A stretch of 64,000 bases of DNA from positions 517,728 through 581,727 of the forward strand of contig CAKPSD010000001.1 of assembly GCA_934183255.1 (NCBI GenBank), given 5' to 3'. Positions 41,087 through 51,045 of this stretch are shown here, piece after piece. How positions within the stretch are numbered: position 1 is the stretch's first letter; every line of letters starts with the position of its first letter. Under the pieces are notes generated by a model. It did no database searches. It saw only the letters and a list, made by a program, of their open reading frames with translations, and was not told the DNA's origin. This stretch comes from an uncultured Bacilli bacterium. Lineage in GTDB: Bacteria > Bacillota_I > Bacilli_A > RFN20 > DUOF01. A program made the translations under genes and the position numbers.

Positions 41087-42130
41087 TTATTGGATATACT
41101 CTATAGTACTCTCTTCATATAATTTTTGAACTTCTTTTAAGATTTCTTCTGCTTTATATGGGATTCTTCCTAACCAATCCAACCCCACATTTATCAAATA
41201 ATTAATTCCAAGTTTCTCTAATTTTATTCTATTTTCAAAAATAGTTTCAGCAGTTTTCCATTCATCATCAATAGAACTATATCCCCAAGAATTATTTAAA
41301 GTACATGCTGACTCATATAAACCATATGGTGATTTTTTAAACCCATATATTTCATTTTCATTAATATCTTCACTTATATTTTTGGGAATCGAATCTGGGA
41401 TTTCATTATCTCCTAATGAAACATAATCGAATTTTCCATTTCCAAGTCTAGAGTTTATTAGACAATTTGGTTGCAATCTTTTTACTAACTTATACAACTC
41501 TTCACTTTGCTCTTTTGTAGAATCTAATGGCATATCAAACCAAGCTAAAAAAACATATCCATAATTAGACATAATTTCTTTAACTTGAGGAACAATTTTT
41601 TTACTAAATAGTTTACTGTAGTCTTTGTTTTTTCTATCTGGAAAATCCCAATTATTATCCCATGAATCACCAGCAGAGTATTTAGCATCTACTGTATATC
41701 CTCCTCCATCATGCTCTCTCCAATCGATGCATTGAGAATAATAGAAGCCCAATTTCAAGTCATATTTTTTACATGAATCCGCTAACTCTTTTATTAGATC
41801 TCTTTTACAAGGTGAAGCATCATAACTATTAAAACTATCTGTTTGTGATTTAAAAAGAGCAAAACCTTCATGATGCTTTGTAGTAATAACTATATATTTC
41901 ATGCCACATTCTTTTGCAAAACGACAAATATAATCTGAATCGAAATAAATTGGATTAAAAATTTTTGCTAGTTTATCCATTTCACTATTAGGTATTTTTT
42001 TATTACACTCAATCCATTCAGCATATGCTGGACCTTTTTCTCCCTTGTACATACCTCCTAGCAAGCTATATAATCCAAAATGAATCATTAATCCATATTT
42101 TGCATTTTTAAATTCTTGAATGTTATCCAT
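41087..42130 (-). CDS. alpha-L-fucosidase (GH29), catalytic domain only
   Basis: YIVITTKHHEGFALFKS and WFDMP motifs. No signal peptide and no C-terminal beta-sandwich. Confidence 0.85.
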   Translation of the reverse strand: MDNIQEFKNAKYGLMIHFGLYSLLGGMYKGEKGPAYAEWIECNKKIPNSEMDKLAKIFNPIYFDSDYICRFAKECGMKYIVITTKHHEGFALFKSQTDSFNSYDASPCKRDLIKELADSCKKYDLKLGFYYSQCIDWREHDGGGYTVDAKYSAGDSWDNNWDFPDRKNKDYSKLFSKKIVPQVKEIMSNYGYVFLAWFDMPLDSTKEQSEELYKLVKRLQPNCLINSRLGNGKFDYVSLGDNEIPDSIPKNISEDINENEIYGFKKSPYGLYESACTLNNSWGYSSIDDEWKTAETIFENRIKLEKLGINYLINVGLDWLGRIPYKAEEILKEVQKLYEESTIEYIQ

Positions 42131-42317
42131 GCCTTATTCCTCCATTTAAAGAACTTATCCATACACATTATATATTTTGTTTATGTATCTGTCCATATAG
42201 CATAAAAACTATTAATTCTTAAACAAGGCATAAACACATAAAACAAGAAAATAGTATTGAATACATGCAAATATCTATTAATCAAAAAGTAATATACTCA
42301 TTCAACTTTTATATAAT

Positions 42318-42356
42318 AAAAACTCACTAGCCTATTAGTTAGTGAGTTGATTTTTA
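42318..42356. terminator. rho-independent terminator after tRNA-Gly
   Basis: AACTCACT-loop-AGTGAGTT with flanking T and A runs. Confidence 0.5.
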
Positions 42357-42357
42357 A

Positions 42358-42431
42358 TGGAGCAGGCGAGGGGAATCGAACCCCCGTAGTCAGCTTGGAA
42401 GGCTGAAGTTCTACCATTGAACTACGCCTGC
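42358..42431 (-). tRNA. tRNA-Gly (anticodon TCC)
   Basis: Manual fold: anticodon stem TCAGC/GCTGA with loop CTTCCAA. T-arm GGGGG-TTCGATT-CCCCT. Confidence 0.85.
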
Positions 42432-42473
42432 ATGTATATTTAAAGCAGTTATTCCACACACCAAGTTTTTTTT

Positions 42474-42550
42474 TGGTGACCCGTACGGGATTCGAACCCG
42501 TGAGTGCATCCTTGAGAGGGATGTGAGTTAAGCCACTTCTCCAACGGGCC
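42474..42550 (-). tRNA. tRNA-Glu (anticodon CTC)
   Basis: Manual fold: anticodon stem CATCC/GGATG with loop CTCTCAA. T-arm ACGGG-TTCGAAT-CCCGT. Confidence 0.75.
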
Positions 42551-42556
42551 TTTTAG

Positions 42557-42647
42557 TGGCGGAGCAAGAGGGACTCGAACCCTCGCACCAGTTTCCCGAT
42601 CTATATCCTTAGCAGGGATACCTCTTCACCAACTTGAGTATTGCTCC
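42557..42647 (-). tRNA. tRNA-Ser (anticodon GCT)
   Basis: Long variable arm. Anticodon stem TATCC/GGATA with loop CTGCTAA. Confidence 0.85.
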
Positions 42648-42666
42648 AGATAACTACTGCCCTAAG

Positions 42667-42695
42667 ATATTAACACAAAAATTTTTTTAGTGCAA
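42667..42695 (-). promoter_or_regulatory. putative sigma-A promoter of the tRNA Ser-Glu-Gly operon (TTGCAC-17-TAATAT)
   Basis: Read on the minus strand about 20 nt upstream of tRNA-Ser. Confidence 0.45.
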
Positions 42696-42758
42696 TAGTT
42701 ATTATTAACTTTTATTTATTTTAACTACTATAATTGTATGAATAACTACTTTAAATTA

Positions 42759-43697
42759 TTATTTATTTTCTTTATCGTTATTTATCATCTTTTGAAGTTC
42801 TTCAATTTCTTTAATAACATTCTTTAATTCATTATCAAAGTCTTCTTTAAATGGCTTAGAATACTCTTTATAAGATGCAATATAAAACAACTGTTTGTAC
42901 AGTGCTAAAGGTGCTGACAAGATACAAAATACTATTGATGAAATAAAGTAAATTGTAGTATCAGATAAAATTTCATTTTTAGACATTAAATACTTTGTTA
43001 AATAAGCAAGTCCTCCAGGAATTGCAAATAATAATACAATAAACAAACTAGTCAACAAGAACTTAACATATTTTCCTTTTAAAATCTTATCATTCATTGT
43101 TATTGCTCTTTTGCTAGAAATAGGCATTTCAAAAGCCATAAGTGGGATAAAATCTCTCTTTAATTTAAAACAAAAATATACTAAAAAGCCCACTACTATT
43201 GAAACTATTTCACCAATATTAAGTAAGTTTTTAACTTTTTCTATTGCAAGCATTTCTTCATAAGCATACTCAAATGTACTATGATGAGATAAAGTTTCCA
43301 TTAAATTTGGAATAGTTTCGCTAGCTATATTAATACCATTTGATAAAAATATTGAATAAACAATTATACCTACTAATAATCCAATAAAAAATGGTTTTAA
43401 AATAACAATAAAATATATTTTTATAGATTTAAAAAAAGTAATAAATCCTACCTTTAAACTTCTATATTCTACCTTTGGTTTATCATAAGATTGGAATGCT
43501 ACAAATTTTAAACTAATAATCGCAGGTATTGCTATAATAATATACGCTAAAAGCATACCTATCATTGTTTTACCTATTAATACGCCAATAAATATAATTA
43601 CTCCAAAAACAAATGAAATTGCTAAATAATCTTGCCAATTCTTTTTAAAAGAATTAAATGCTAACTTTAAATTTGTAAACATTTCATCACTCTCCAA
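42759..43697 (-). CDS. polytopic membrane protein (DUF975-like)
   Basis: 312 aa with about 6 TM helices and a C-terminal coiled-coil tail. Confidence 0.4.
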   Translation of the reverse strand: MESDEMFTNLKLAFNSFKKNWQDYLAISFVFGVIIFIGVLIGKTMIGMLLAYIIIAIPAIISLKFVAFQSYDKPKVEYRSLKVGFITFFKSIKIYFIVILKPFFIGLLVGIIVYSIFLSNGINIASETIPNLMETLSHHSTFEYAYEEMLAIEKVKNLLNIGEIVSIVVGFLVYFCFKLKRDFIPLMAFEMPISSKRAITMNDKILKGKYVKFLLTSLFIVLLFAIPGGLAYLTKYLMSKNEILSDTTIYFISSIVFCILSAPLALYKQLFYIASYKEYSKPFKEDFDNELKNVIKEIEELQKMINNDKENK

Positions 43698-43782
43698 GTA
43701 CTTTACTATTATACTCGAATACTAAAAAAAAACAATCACTACGTCAATAATGATTGTTTTATTTCATTAAAATGAACTATTT

Positions 43783-44790
43783 TTATTTCATTCCAACAAC
43801 TTCTAATCCATTTGCAATGTCAATGTAACTATTAACAGTTAAGTTATCTCCATAAATTACACATTCTACTCCATTGTATAAATATGTAACTTTATCTGTA
43901 TCTAAAGCTGCAAATCCATTAACAAGTAACACTAAATCTCCATCAACTTCTGTAATACTCATTTCTTCACTACTACTAATGATTTTTTGAACTACTGTAA
44001 AGTTAGCTTCTCCCTCATAAGACATAATATAAACTTTATCACCATTAATACTAGCGCTTGTTTGATCTTTAACGCTTACATTCATATTAGCTCCTGTTAA
44101 AGCAAGTGGTAAATCATCAAATGTTGAACCAGTCGTAGAACTTAAATTTTTTCTTGATTCTTCCATATTTTTAGATAAATTAAAGTAATCTTCGCTAAAC
44201 TCTACTCCTGTTTCTACTTTGGTAAAAGTTACATTTACTAAAACTTCATTTTTGTCATTATATAAATGAACCCATAATGGAGTTAAATCCTTAGTAAATT
44301 TAATTTCTTGTTTTGAATATTGAGGAGCATTTTTATAACTTGGTTCGCTAGTAACAATAATTCCATCATCAACTTTTTTAGTAGTATATTCACCATTAAA
44401 TACATCTAATAATGATTGATAAATATATGGTTTAGCACTGTTTAATGGCCATCCAGATTTAAACTCATATACTTGATTTAAAGTTGGTGTTAAAACATAT
44501 ACTCCTTCTTCATTTCTTAACATAATTTGTTCTTGATTGATTGTAGTGTCGTATAAACTAACTCTAAATAAATCCTTATCTTCCTTTTTAGCATATGATA
44601 CTACTACATTAAATTTTCTTTGCTCTTCCCCATTGTTTAACTCCATATTAGCTTCTAATTGATAAGAGTTTAAATTTTTGTTTACATTTTGCAAAGTATC
44701 ATTAATTGATGGTTTTGAAAAGAAAACCTTCCAAACTCCTACACCTAATAATGCCATAACTAAAACTGCTACCATAATTTTTTTAAACAT
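43783..44790 (-). CDS. exported protein, LolA/RseB-like (DUF4367-like)
   Basis: N-terminal signal/anchor, a beta-rich body and the LolA-like pattern. Confidence 0.4.
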   Translation of the reverse strand: MFKKIMVAVLVMALLGVGVWKVFFSKPSINDTLQNVNKNLNSYQLEANMELNNGEEQRKFNVVVSYAKKEDKDLFRVSLYDTTINQEQIMLRNEEGVYVLTPTLNQVYEFKSGWPLNSAKPYIYQSLLDVFNGEYTTKKVDDGIIVTSEPSYKNAPQYSKQEIKFTKDLTPLWVHLYNDKNEVLVNVTFTKVETGVEFSEDYFNLSKNMEESRKNLSSTTGSTFDDLPLALTGANMNVSVKDQTSASINGDKVYIMSYEGEANFTVVQKIISSSEEMSITEVDGDLVLLVNGFAALDTDKVTYLYNGVECVIYGDNLTVNSYIDIANGLEVVGMK

Positions 44791-44906
44791 TTTTTATTTT
44801 CACCTATCCCTTTGTAAAAGTCTATGCAAGTAATTATTAAAAAATGTAAAAATATGAATTATTTTTTTAAATCTGGATATATTAATAAAGAAAAGGGAGG
44901 ATTTTT

Positions 44907-45137
44907 ATGAATATTTTACAGAAAACAGCACTTGTTTTAACTGTTATTGGTGCTTTAAACTGGGGTATGATAGGTTTATTTAATTTTGACTTAGTTGCTT
45001 CAATATTTGGATCTATGACAATTGTTACTAGAACTATCTATACTTTAGTTGGTATTGCTGGACTTATTAACATCATGTTATTCTTTGTGAATCTTGATGA
45101 AATGGTTGTTATCGATAATAGAGAAAAAGCAAGATAA
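44907..45137 (+). CDS. DUF378-family small membrane protein
   Basis: Motif VIGALNWGMIGLFNFDLV. 76 aa. Confidence 0.7.
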   Translation: MNILQKTALVLTVIGALNWGMIGLFNFDLVASIFGSMTIVTRTIYTLVGIAGLINIMLFFVNLDEMVVIDNREKAR

Positions 45138-45186
45138 TCATTTAAAGACTGTCTTTGATTTCTAATAATATTATTAGAAAGTAAAA

Positions 45187-45219
45187 ATAAGCGAGTTATT
45201 TAATTCGCTTATTTTTTTA
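45187..45219. terminator. bidirectional rho-independent terminator
   Basis: ATAAGCGA-loop-TCGCTTAT followed by TTTTTTT. A-run upstream. Confidence 0.6.
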
Positions 45220-46519
45220 TTTTCGCTATATTATGATTCTTATAATTTTCATCATCCGTTACTTCCTTTATAACTTTAACAAAAGGAGGTATTTCTACAT
45301 CATCTGATTCTGTAAGCAATTCTACTTCTAATAAAGCATCTTTATTATTATCTTTAAATACATCTATTTCATAATAAGTCTTACCATAAGTTATACAATA
45401 TCTTGTTTTTCTTATTTGTCTATAAGAAGGATCAGCATTCATCAATAAATTTAGATATTCTTCCTTAGATAATCTTTTTTCTGTTTCTATTCTTTTTAAA
45501 TTTGATATATTCTTTTTAATTGTTTGATAATAAATATAATTACCATTTTTTCCTCTTTGCCTAACTCTAACTTCTTCATCATTATCACTAAACAAATATG
45601 TTTGAATAATTTCTACTTTTTCACAATTATCCATGCTTTCTAATACTTTTATATTTGGATACTCTATTAAATATTTTCTCTCTATTTCATAACCTATTGG
45701 CTCTTTTAAGAAAGAATCTATTTCTTTTAATAATTTCTTTATTTTTTCCTCAAAAGACACAGAATTATCTATTATTCTAAAATGAGGATGACCAGTCCAT
45801 GCAGCGATTATTCTATCATCCACTATTCTAGCTTCATCTATATTTTCTTGTCTTGCTGAATTGTTATCTTTTGTATAAAATTCTTCTGCTCCTTTTGCAC
45901 AACTCACAAGATGAAATACAGCATCATAATTATCACGCATTTCTATTTCATTAGTATTAAAGTCATTGCATATTTTTTGAAACTCTAATTCACTTATAAA
46001 GGCTTTAGAATCCAAAAGGCCTCTATCACAAACAATTAAAATTTTACCATCCATTAGTTTAGCAGCATTCATATATATTTTTTCTTTTTCTAATTGCAAT
46101 CCCACTATTGCCTTTTGAAAATCAAGTCTTGATTTACAAGTTTCATAATTTATTCCATTATTAATTAACTCAGTTGCGCTTTCATTTATAAACAATACTT
46201 TATATCCCTTTTTTATAAAATGATTTTGAATCCAACTTAAAGCTGTAGACTTTCCTGCACATGGACCACCAGTTATAACAATTTTAGTAATATTAATGTT
46301 TTCATTTTTATTATCTATTAAATATTCTAATTTCACATTAAAAACATCACATATTTTTTTTAAAACATCTACATTAGGTTTTGCCTTACCCATTTCCCAT
46401 TTAGAAACAGCTTTATTACTAACTCCTACTAATTCTCCTAATTTTTCTTGAGATATCTTACATTTCTTTCTTAATTCATATATTTTATTGCCAAACTCAT
46501 AATCATTCACTTTTAACAC
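45209..46519 (-). CDS. HTH-XRE / P-loop NTPase (NadR-RNK/AAA_28-like) / CYTH three-domain protein
   Basis: N-terminal Cro/CI HTH (ISQEKLGELVGVSNKAVSKWE). Walker A VITGGPCAGKST. C-terminal CYTH-like EIERKYL…EVRVRQ. Confidence 0.6.
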   Translation of the reverse strand: MLKVNDYEFGNKIYELRKKCKISQEKLGELVGVSNKAVSKWEMGKAKPNVDVLKKICDVFNVKLEYLIDNKNENINITKIVITGGPCAGKSTALSWIQNHFIKKGYKVLFINESATELINNGINYETCKSRLDFQKAIVGLQLEKEKIYMNAAKLMDGKILIVCDRGLLDSKAFISELEFQKICNDFNTNEIEMRDNYDAVFHLVSCAKGAEEFYTKDNNSARQENIDEARIVDDRIIAAWTGHPHFRIIDNSVSFEEKIKKLLKEIDSFLKEPIGYEIERKYLIEYPNIKVLESMDNCEKVEIIQTYLFSDNDEEVRVRQRGKNGNYIYYQTIKKNISNLKRIETEKRLSKEEYLNLLMNADPSYRQIRKTRYCITYGKTYYEIDVFKDNNKDALLEVELLTESDDVEIPPFVKVIKEVTDDENYKNHNIAKIKK

Positions 46520-46594
46520 CTCATCTTTATTCTAGCATTATTCTAAATTAATTTTATCTACTTTAAGTAGAAACTAAAAAAGTAGCTCTCGCTA

Positions 46595-47251
46595 CTAATT
46601 TGCTTTTTTAGTATTAACTTCTTTAAAATTAATTATTGATTCATTATGATAATCAAATATCTTCTTTGCTGCTTCATTTATAGATTTAATTGAAAATTCA
46701 TTTAATTTACACTCTTTTTCATAAACCTCTATAAAGTTTTCAAAATCATCTTCATATATAACAAACTCTTTTTTATTTGTTCCTTCTATTTTACTAGTAA
46801 CAACAGGCTTAGATAAGTAAACTATATTTACAAAATCTTCCATTGAATTATCTAGTAAATTAGATAAAATTCTAATTCTTTTTTCATTATATCTTAAAGG
46901 ATTTTCAACATGCACTAATTTATCTCTTTTATATAAAACCCACTTCTCATCTATTGCTTTAGCATTTAAATAACCATAATAACATTTACAAGCAATAACA
47001 TAAATATATTTATTACCAATCATAATATGATCAATTTTAATATATTTATTCTCTCTTATTTGAATAACAACATCACTTAAAAGTGGAAAATCATGGTCGA
47101 CTGCAAACCTCTTTAATTTTGCCGTTATTCTCTTCTTTTTCGTTAATCCAATTATTAAATTTTTTAAATCATCCATAAAAATATAACAAATTGAAAATAT
47201 AACTAATAAGAATAAAAATAAAATCATTAACCAAAGGCCTAATTTATCCAT
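46595..47251 (-). CDS. NERD-domain membrane-anchored protein
   Basis: N-terminal TM helix and NERD core KIDHIMIGNKYIYVIACK…W…ENP. Its start overlaps the deoD stop. Confidence 0.55.
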   Translation of the reverse strand: MDKLGLWLMILFLFLLVIFSICYIFMDDLKNLIIGLTKKKRITAKLKRFAVDHDFPLLSDVVIQIRENKYIKIDHIMIGNKYIYVIACKCYYGYLNAKAIDEKWVLYKRDKLVHVENPLRYNEKRIRILSNLLDNSMEDFVNIVYLSKPVVTSKIEGTNKKEFVIYEDDFENFIEVYEKECKLNEFSIKSINEAAKKIFDYHNESIINFKEVNTKKAN

Positions 47252-47961
47252 TATAACTCACTCGCTACTTCTAGACTTAATTTCATCATATTAGTAAAGC
47301 CATTTTGTCTCATTTCAGATGTTGTTACTTCCTTAGTAATAAAACTATCCGAAATACTTAATACAGTCATAGCTTTCTTTCCAAGTTTAGCAGCATTTAT
47401 ATATAAGGCATATGATTCCATCTCTACTGCTAAAACTCCAAGATTAGCCCATCTTTTCCAATACTCATTATCATTTTCATAAAAAATATCACTACTAAAT
47501 ACATTTCCAACATGATATCTATAATCATTTTCTCTACATATTCTAACAGCTTTTTCTACTAAATCAAATGAAGCTATTGCGCTATAAGTACCCCTTAAAT
47601 CAAATTGTGAAGCATAGTTAGAATTACTACATGCTCCGAGTGCTATTACGATATCTCCTATTTTAGCATCTTTATTATATGCTCCTGCTGTTCCTACTCT
47701 TATAATAGTATCTACATCATACTCTGTATATAATTCATAAGAGTAAATACCCATTGAAGGTATTCCCATACCACTACCTGCTACACTTATCTCTTTTCCT
47801 TTATAGTGACCTGTGTAACAATACATATTTCTTACTTTATTAACTAATTTATAATCATCAAAGAAATTTTCTGCTATATACTTTGCTCTAAGTGGATCTC
47901 CACACATTAAAACAGTCTTAGCTATTTCTCCCTTTTTTGCTTCATTATGTGCTGTTGGCAT
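47251..47961 (-). CDS. deoD: purine nucleoside phosphorylase, DeoD-type
   Basis: VLMCGDPLRAKYIAE and VEMES motifs. 236 aa. Confidence 0.9.
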   Translation of the reverse strand: MPTAHNEAKKGEIAKTVLMCGDPLRAKYIAENFFDDYKLVNKVRNMYCYTGHYKGKEISVAGSGMGIPSMGIYSYELYTEYDVDTIIRVGTAGAYNKDAKIGDIVIALGACSNSNYASQFDLRGTYSAIASFDLVEKAVRICRENDYRYHVGNVFSSDIFYENDNEYWKRWANLGVLAVEMESYALYINAAKLGKKAMTVLSISDSFITKEVTTSEMRQNGFTNMMKLSLEVASEL

Positions 47962-48437
47962 TATAATTCCTCACTTTCATATAAATCTATAACTTTTGTT
48001 TTTGCTATTATATCAGCTAAGTCTTTATTGTCATCTCTTAATATCATTATAATAGTAGATGCTATTGCTGTTATTGCTAAAGATCCAAAACCTATAAAAA
48101 TTCTACCAATTACTTCTCTAAAGAACATCGTTTTATAATCTACTTCTTCACCATTTTCTTTTACTATTTTAAGTTTAAATACTTTTTTTCCTAATGTTTG
48201 TCCATTAAATAATAAAGGAGTAACCATATAATAAAACATTAATAATAATCCATATAAAATTCCCCATCTAAACATATCTACAATAAATTTAGTAGTAACT
48301 AAATGTTCTCCTTGCTTAAGCATACTTATAATAAATGGAAGTTTCCATAAAGCAAGAAGCACTAATACTCCAAACACTATTCCAAAATCTACTATTGCAG
48401 CCATCACACGATGTCTTACTTTCGCTAATTTCATCAT
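47961..48437 (-). CDS. RDD-family membrane protein
   Basis: GQTLGKKVFKLKIV and RDD residues. 3 TM helices. Confidence 0.6.
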   Translation of the reverse strand: MMKLAKVRHRVMAAIVDFGIVFGVLVLLALWKLPFIISMLKQGEHLVTTKFIVDMFRWGILYGLLLMFYYMVTPLLFNGQTLGKKVFKLKIVKENGEEVDYKTMFFREVIGRIFIGFGSLAITAIASTIIMILRDDNKDLADIIAKTKVIDLYESEEL

Positions 48438-48445
48438 TTCACCCC

Positions 48446-49828
48446 TTAAACAAACAATGGTATTAATATTTCCTTAGCCATTGTAAAATATATTAAAATT
48501 GCAATTGCATCTGCTATTGTTGTAACTAATGGTCCTGCCATTACAGCCGGGTCTATTTTACATATTTTTGCTAAAATTGGTAATGTTGTAGCTATTAATT
48601 TAGAAACTACTACAACTAACATTAGACTAAGAGAAACAACCATAAATATAGAATTAGCATTTTTCTCTACTTCTACTATTCCTGTAATGTTTTCAAGCCA
48701 TAATAAGCCATAACAAATAATTGCTAAACTTCCCCCTACTAATATACCAACTACAAGTTCTTTTCTCAAGGCTTTAAGAAAATCTTTTGTGGTTATTGTA
48801 CCTAGTGAAAGTCCTCTTATAAGTAATGCTGTTGTTTGACTTCCTGCATTTCCTGCCATTCCTGTAATCATTGGCATAAATACTGTTAACACTGATATTG
48901 TAGCAATTGTAGATTCTGCTTTACTTAAAACAAAAATAGATACAACGGAAGCAAACATAAGAATAATTAGCCAAACTATTGTCTTCTTAAATAACTTAAT
49001 ATTTGATACTTCAAAATAATTATCTTCAAGAGGAACCATATGAGCCATCTTTTCGATATCTTCTGTAGCTTCATCATCAATAACATCAATGATATCATCC
49101 GCAGTAATAATTCCTAACATCTTCATTTCTTGGTTAACGACTGCTATTGAACTCAAATCGTATTTTTTAAAGTAATTAGCAACATCTTCTTTATCTTCAT
49201 CAACAACAACGCTAACTATATCTTTTTCCATGATATCTTTAATCTTTGTATCTTCTTCATTAAATAATATTTCTTTTAAAGATATGTATCCCTTTAATGT
49301 TCTTTTATTATCTACAATATAACAATAAGATATTGTTTCTGCTTCTTTTCCTTCTTTTCTTATCTTATTTAAAGCACTTTTACAAGTATCATTTTCCTTA
49401 AGTTCTATATACTCAATGGTCATTATAGATCCTGCACTATTTTCTCTATAACTCAAGATTTGATTTACTTCTCCTCTTAAATCTTTATCAATAGATTTTA
49501 AAATCTTTTTTACAATGTTTGATGGCATTTCTTCTATAAAATCTACTATATCATCTGTATATAATTCTTCAATAATATTTTTAACATCACTACTAGCTAA
49601 AACATTAACAAGTTTTTCTTTATACTCACTATCTAAATAACTAAAAACTTCTGCAGTTAAACTCGAAGGGACTGTTTTAAAAATAAAAATTGCTTTTTTT
49701 ACATCTAATTCATTAATTGCTTCTGCTAGATCTACACTATTGTAATATTCAAAAGCATTTCTTAATTTTACTACATCTTTTGATGTTATTATTTCATCTA
49801 GCATTTCTACTGTTACATCATTGCTCAT
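48446..49828 (-). CDS. mgtE: magnesium transporter MgtE
   Basis: N-domain, tandem CBS domains and a 5-TM C-terminal domain (PLVTTIADA). Confidence 0.9.
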   Translation of the reverse strand: MSNDVTVEMLDEIITSKDVVKLRNAFEYYNSVDLAEAINELDVKKAIFIFKTVPSSLTAEVFSYLDSEYKEKLVNVLASSDVKNIIEELYTDDIVDFIEEMPSNIVKKILKSIDKDLRGEVNQILSYRENSAGSIMTIEYIELKENDTCKSALNKIRKEGKEAETISYCYIVDNKRTLKGYISLKEILFNEEDTKIKDIMEKDIVSVVVDEDKEDVANYFKKYDLSSIAVVNQEMKMLGIITADDIIDVIDDEATEDIEKMAHMVPLEDNYFEVSNIKLFKKTIVWLIILMFASVVSIFVLSKAESTIATISVLTVFMPMITGMAGNAGSQTTALLIRGLSLGTITTKDFLKALRKELVVGILVGGSLAIICYGLLWLENITGIVEVEKNANSIFMVVSLSLMLVVVVSKLIATTLPILAKICKIDPAVMAGPLVTTIADAIAILIYFTMAKEILIPLFV

Positions 49829-49895
49829 TCAATTCCCTCCTATTTAAATTATACATTCATTATTTAAATTTATTTTATGATTTGAGCTTATTTTT

Positions 49896-49930
49896 TACTA
49901 AAAATAAAAGAGTTAGAACTTTCTAACCCT
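49896..49930 (-). terminator. putative terminator after ddl
   Basis: GGGTTAGAA-AGT-TCTAACTC hairpin overlapping the ddl stop, followed by a T-rich tract on the minus strand. Confidence 0.4.
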
Positions 49931-51035
49931 TTATTTTATTTGTGTTAAGATTAATTTTATTAAAAATATTCATTTTATCAATACTTTTAAGTAGTTTGTT
50001 TTCATAAAAATAATCTCTTTTACTGTTTTCAATTACCGTATCAAGCAATTCTAAAAAATCCATTTTATCTTTCCATAAATAATAAGAATACGATCCTGGT
50101 ATTGCATTAACTTCATTAACATATAATTTATCTTTATATAAGAAATCTATTCTTATTACTCCTTTTGCTTCAAATGATTTATAAATGGTTTTAGCTGTTT
50201 TTTCCATTTCTTTTTTTATTTTATCATCCATAATACAAGGAAATATTCTTTTTGAAGAAACCATTCCATTAACCTTTTCTCCGCCTTCATATTTTTGTGA
50301 ATAATCTAATATATCTTTACTTGATAACACTTCTTCAATACTTGATGTTAATATCTCTCCATTTTTTTCCACTACTGAAATATTGTATTCTCTTGCTTCG
50401 TTTAAGTACTCTTCTACTAAAACATTTTTATCATATTCAAATGCTACTTTTATTGCTTTCTCTAACTCCTCCTTATTATTAACTTTTTTTATTCCAATTG
50501 ATGATCCTAATGTGTTTGGTTTAACAATAAGTGGATAATTCATTTTATCTATTTCTTTTAAATCATCATCTTTATTTATCTCTACAAACTTAGAATTATT
50601 TATATTTAAACTATTTAATACTCTTTTAGTTAAACTTTTATTTTGTGCTAGTGAATAAAAAGACAATGAATCATTAATAACAGGTATCTTTTTAAACTTT
50701 AAATACGATAAAAGTGTACCATCTTCCATCCCCTTGCCATGCACTACAGGGAATACCATATCAAAATATACTTTCTTTTTTAATTTTCTTTTTAAGTAAC
50801 ATTTTTTATTATCTTTTTCTATTTTAACTTCATGTTTTTTCTTTAAAATCTTTTTTATATTTTTATATGTTTCTAAATCTTTTAATTCATTTAAATAATA
50901 TATCTTATTTTCTTTACTTATATAAGCAGGTATTACTGTATAACCAACACTTAAAGCATTCATTACTTGATTTGCTGTTATGACACTAATCTCGTGCTCC
51001 ACACTTTCTCCACCAAACAAAACTAATATTCTCAT
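49923..51035 (-). CDS. ddl: D-alanine--D-alanine ligase family ATP-grasp enzyme
   Basis: N-terminal ILVLFGGESVEHEISV, central GSSIG and C-terminal EVNAIPG motifs. A ~30-aa Lys-rich insertion. Confidence 0.8.
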   Translation of the reverse strand: MRILVLFGGESVEHEISVITANQVMNALSVGYTVIPAYISKENKIYYLNELKDLETYKNIKKILKKKHEVKIEKDNKKCYLKRKLKKKVYFDMVFPVVHGKGMEDGTLLSYLKFKKIPVINDSLSFYSLAQNKSLTKRVLNSLNINNSKFVEINKDDDLKEIDKMNYPLIVKPNTLGSSIGIKKVNNKEELEKAIKVAFEYDKNVLVEEYLNEAREYNISVVEKNGEILTSSIEEVLSSKDILDYSQKYEGGEKVNGMVSSKRIFPCIMDDKIKKEMEKTAKTIYKSFEAKGVIRIDFLYKDKLYVNEVNAIPGSYSYYLWKDKMDFLELLDTVIENSKRDYFYENKLLKSIDKMNIFNKINLNTNKIKG

Positions 51036-51045
51036 ATTATTCCTC

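Noticed and set aside
49829-49922. M-box (ykoK) Mg2+ riboswitch upstream of mgtE
   Set aside because: The intergenic space is under 100 nt and partly occupied by the ddl terminator. That is too small for the ~160-nt M-box.
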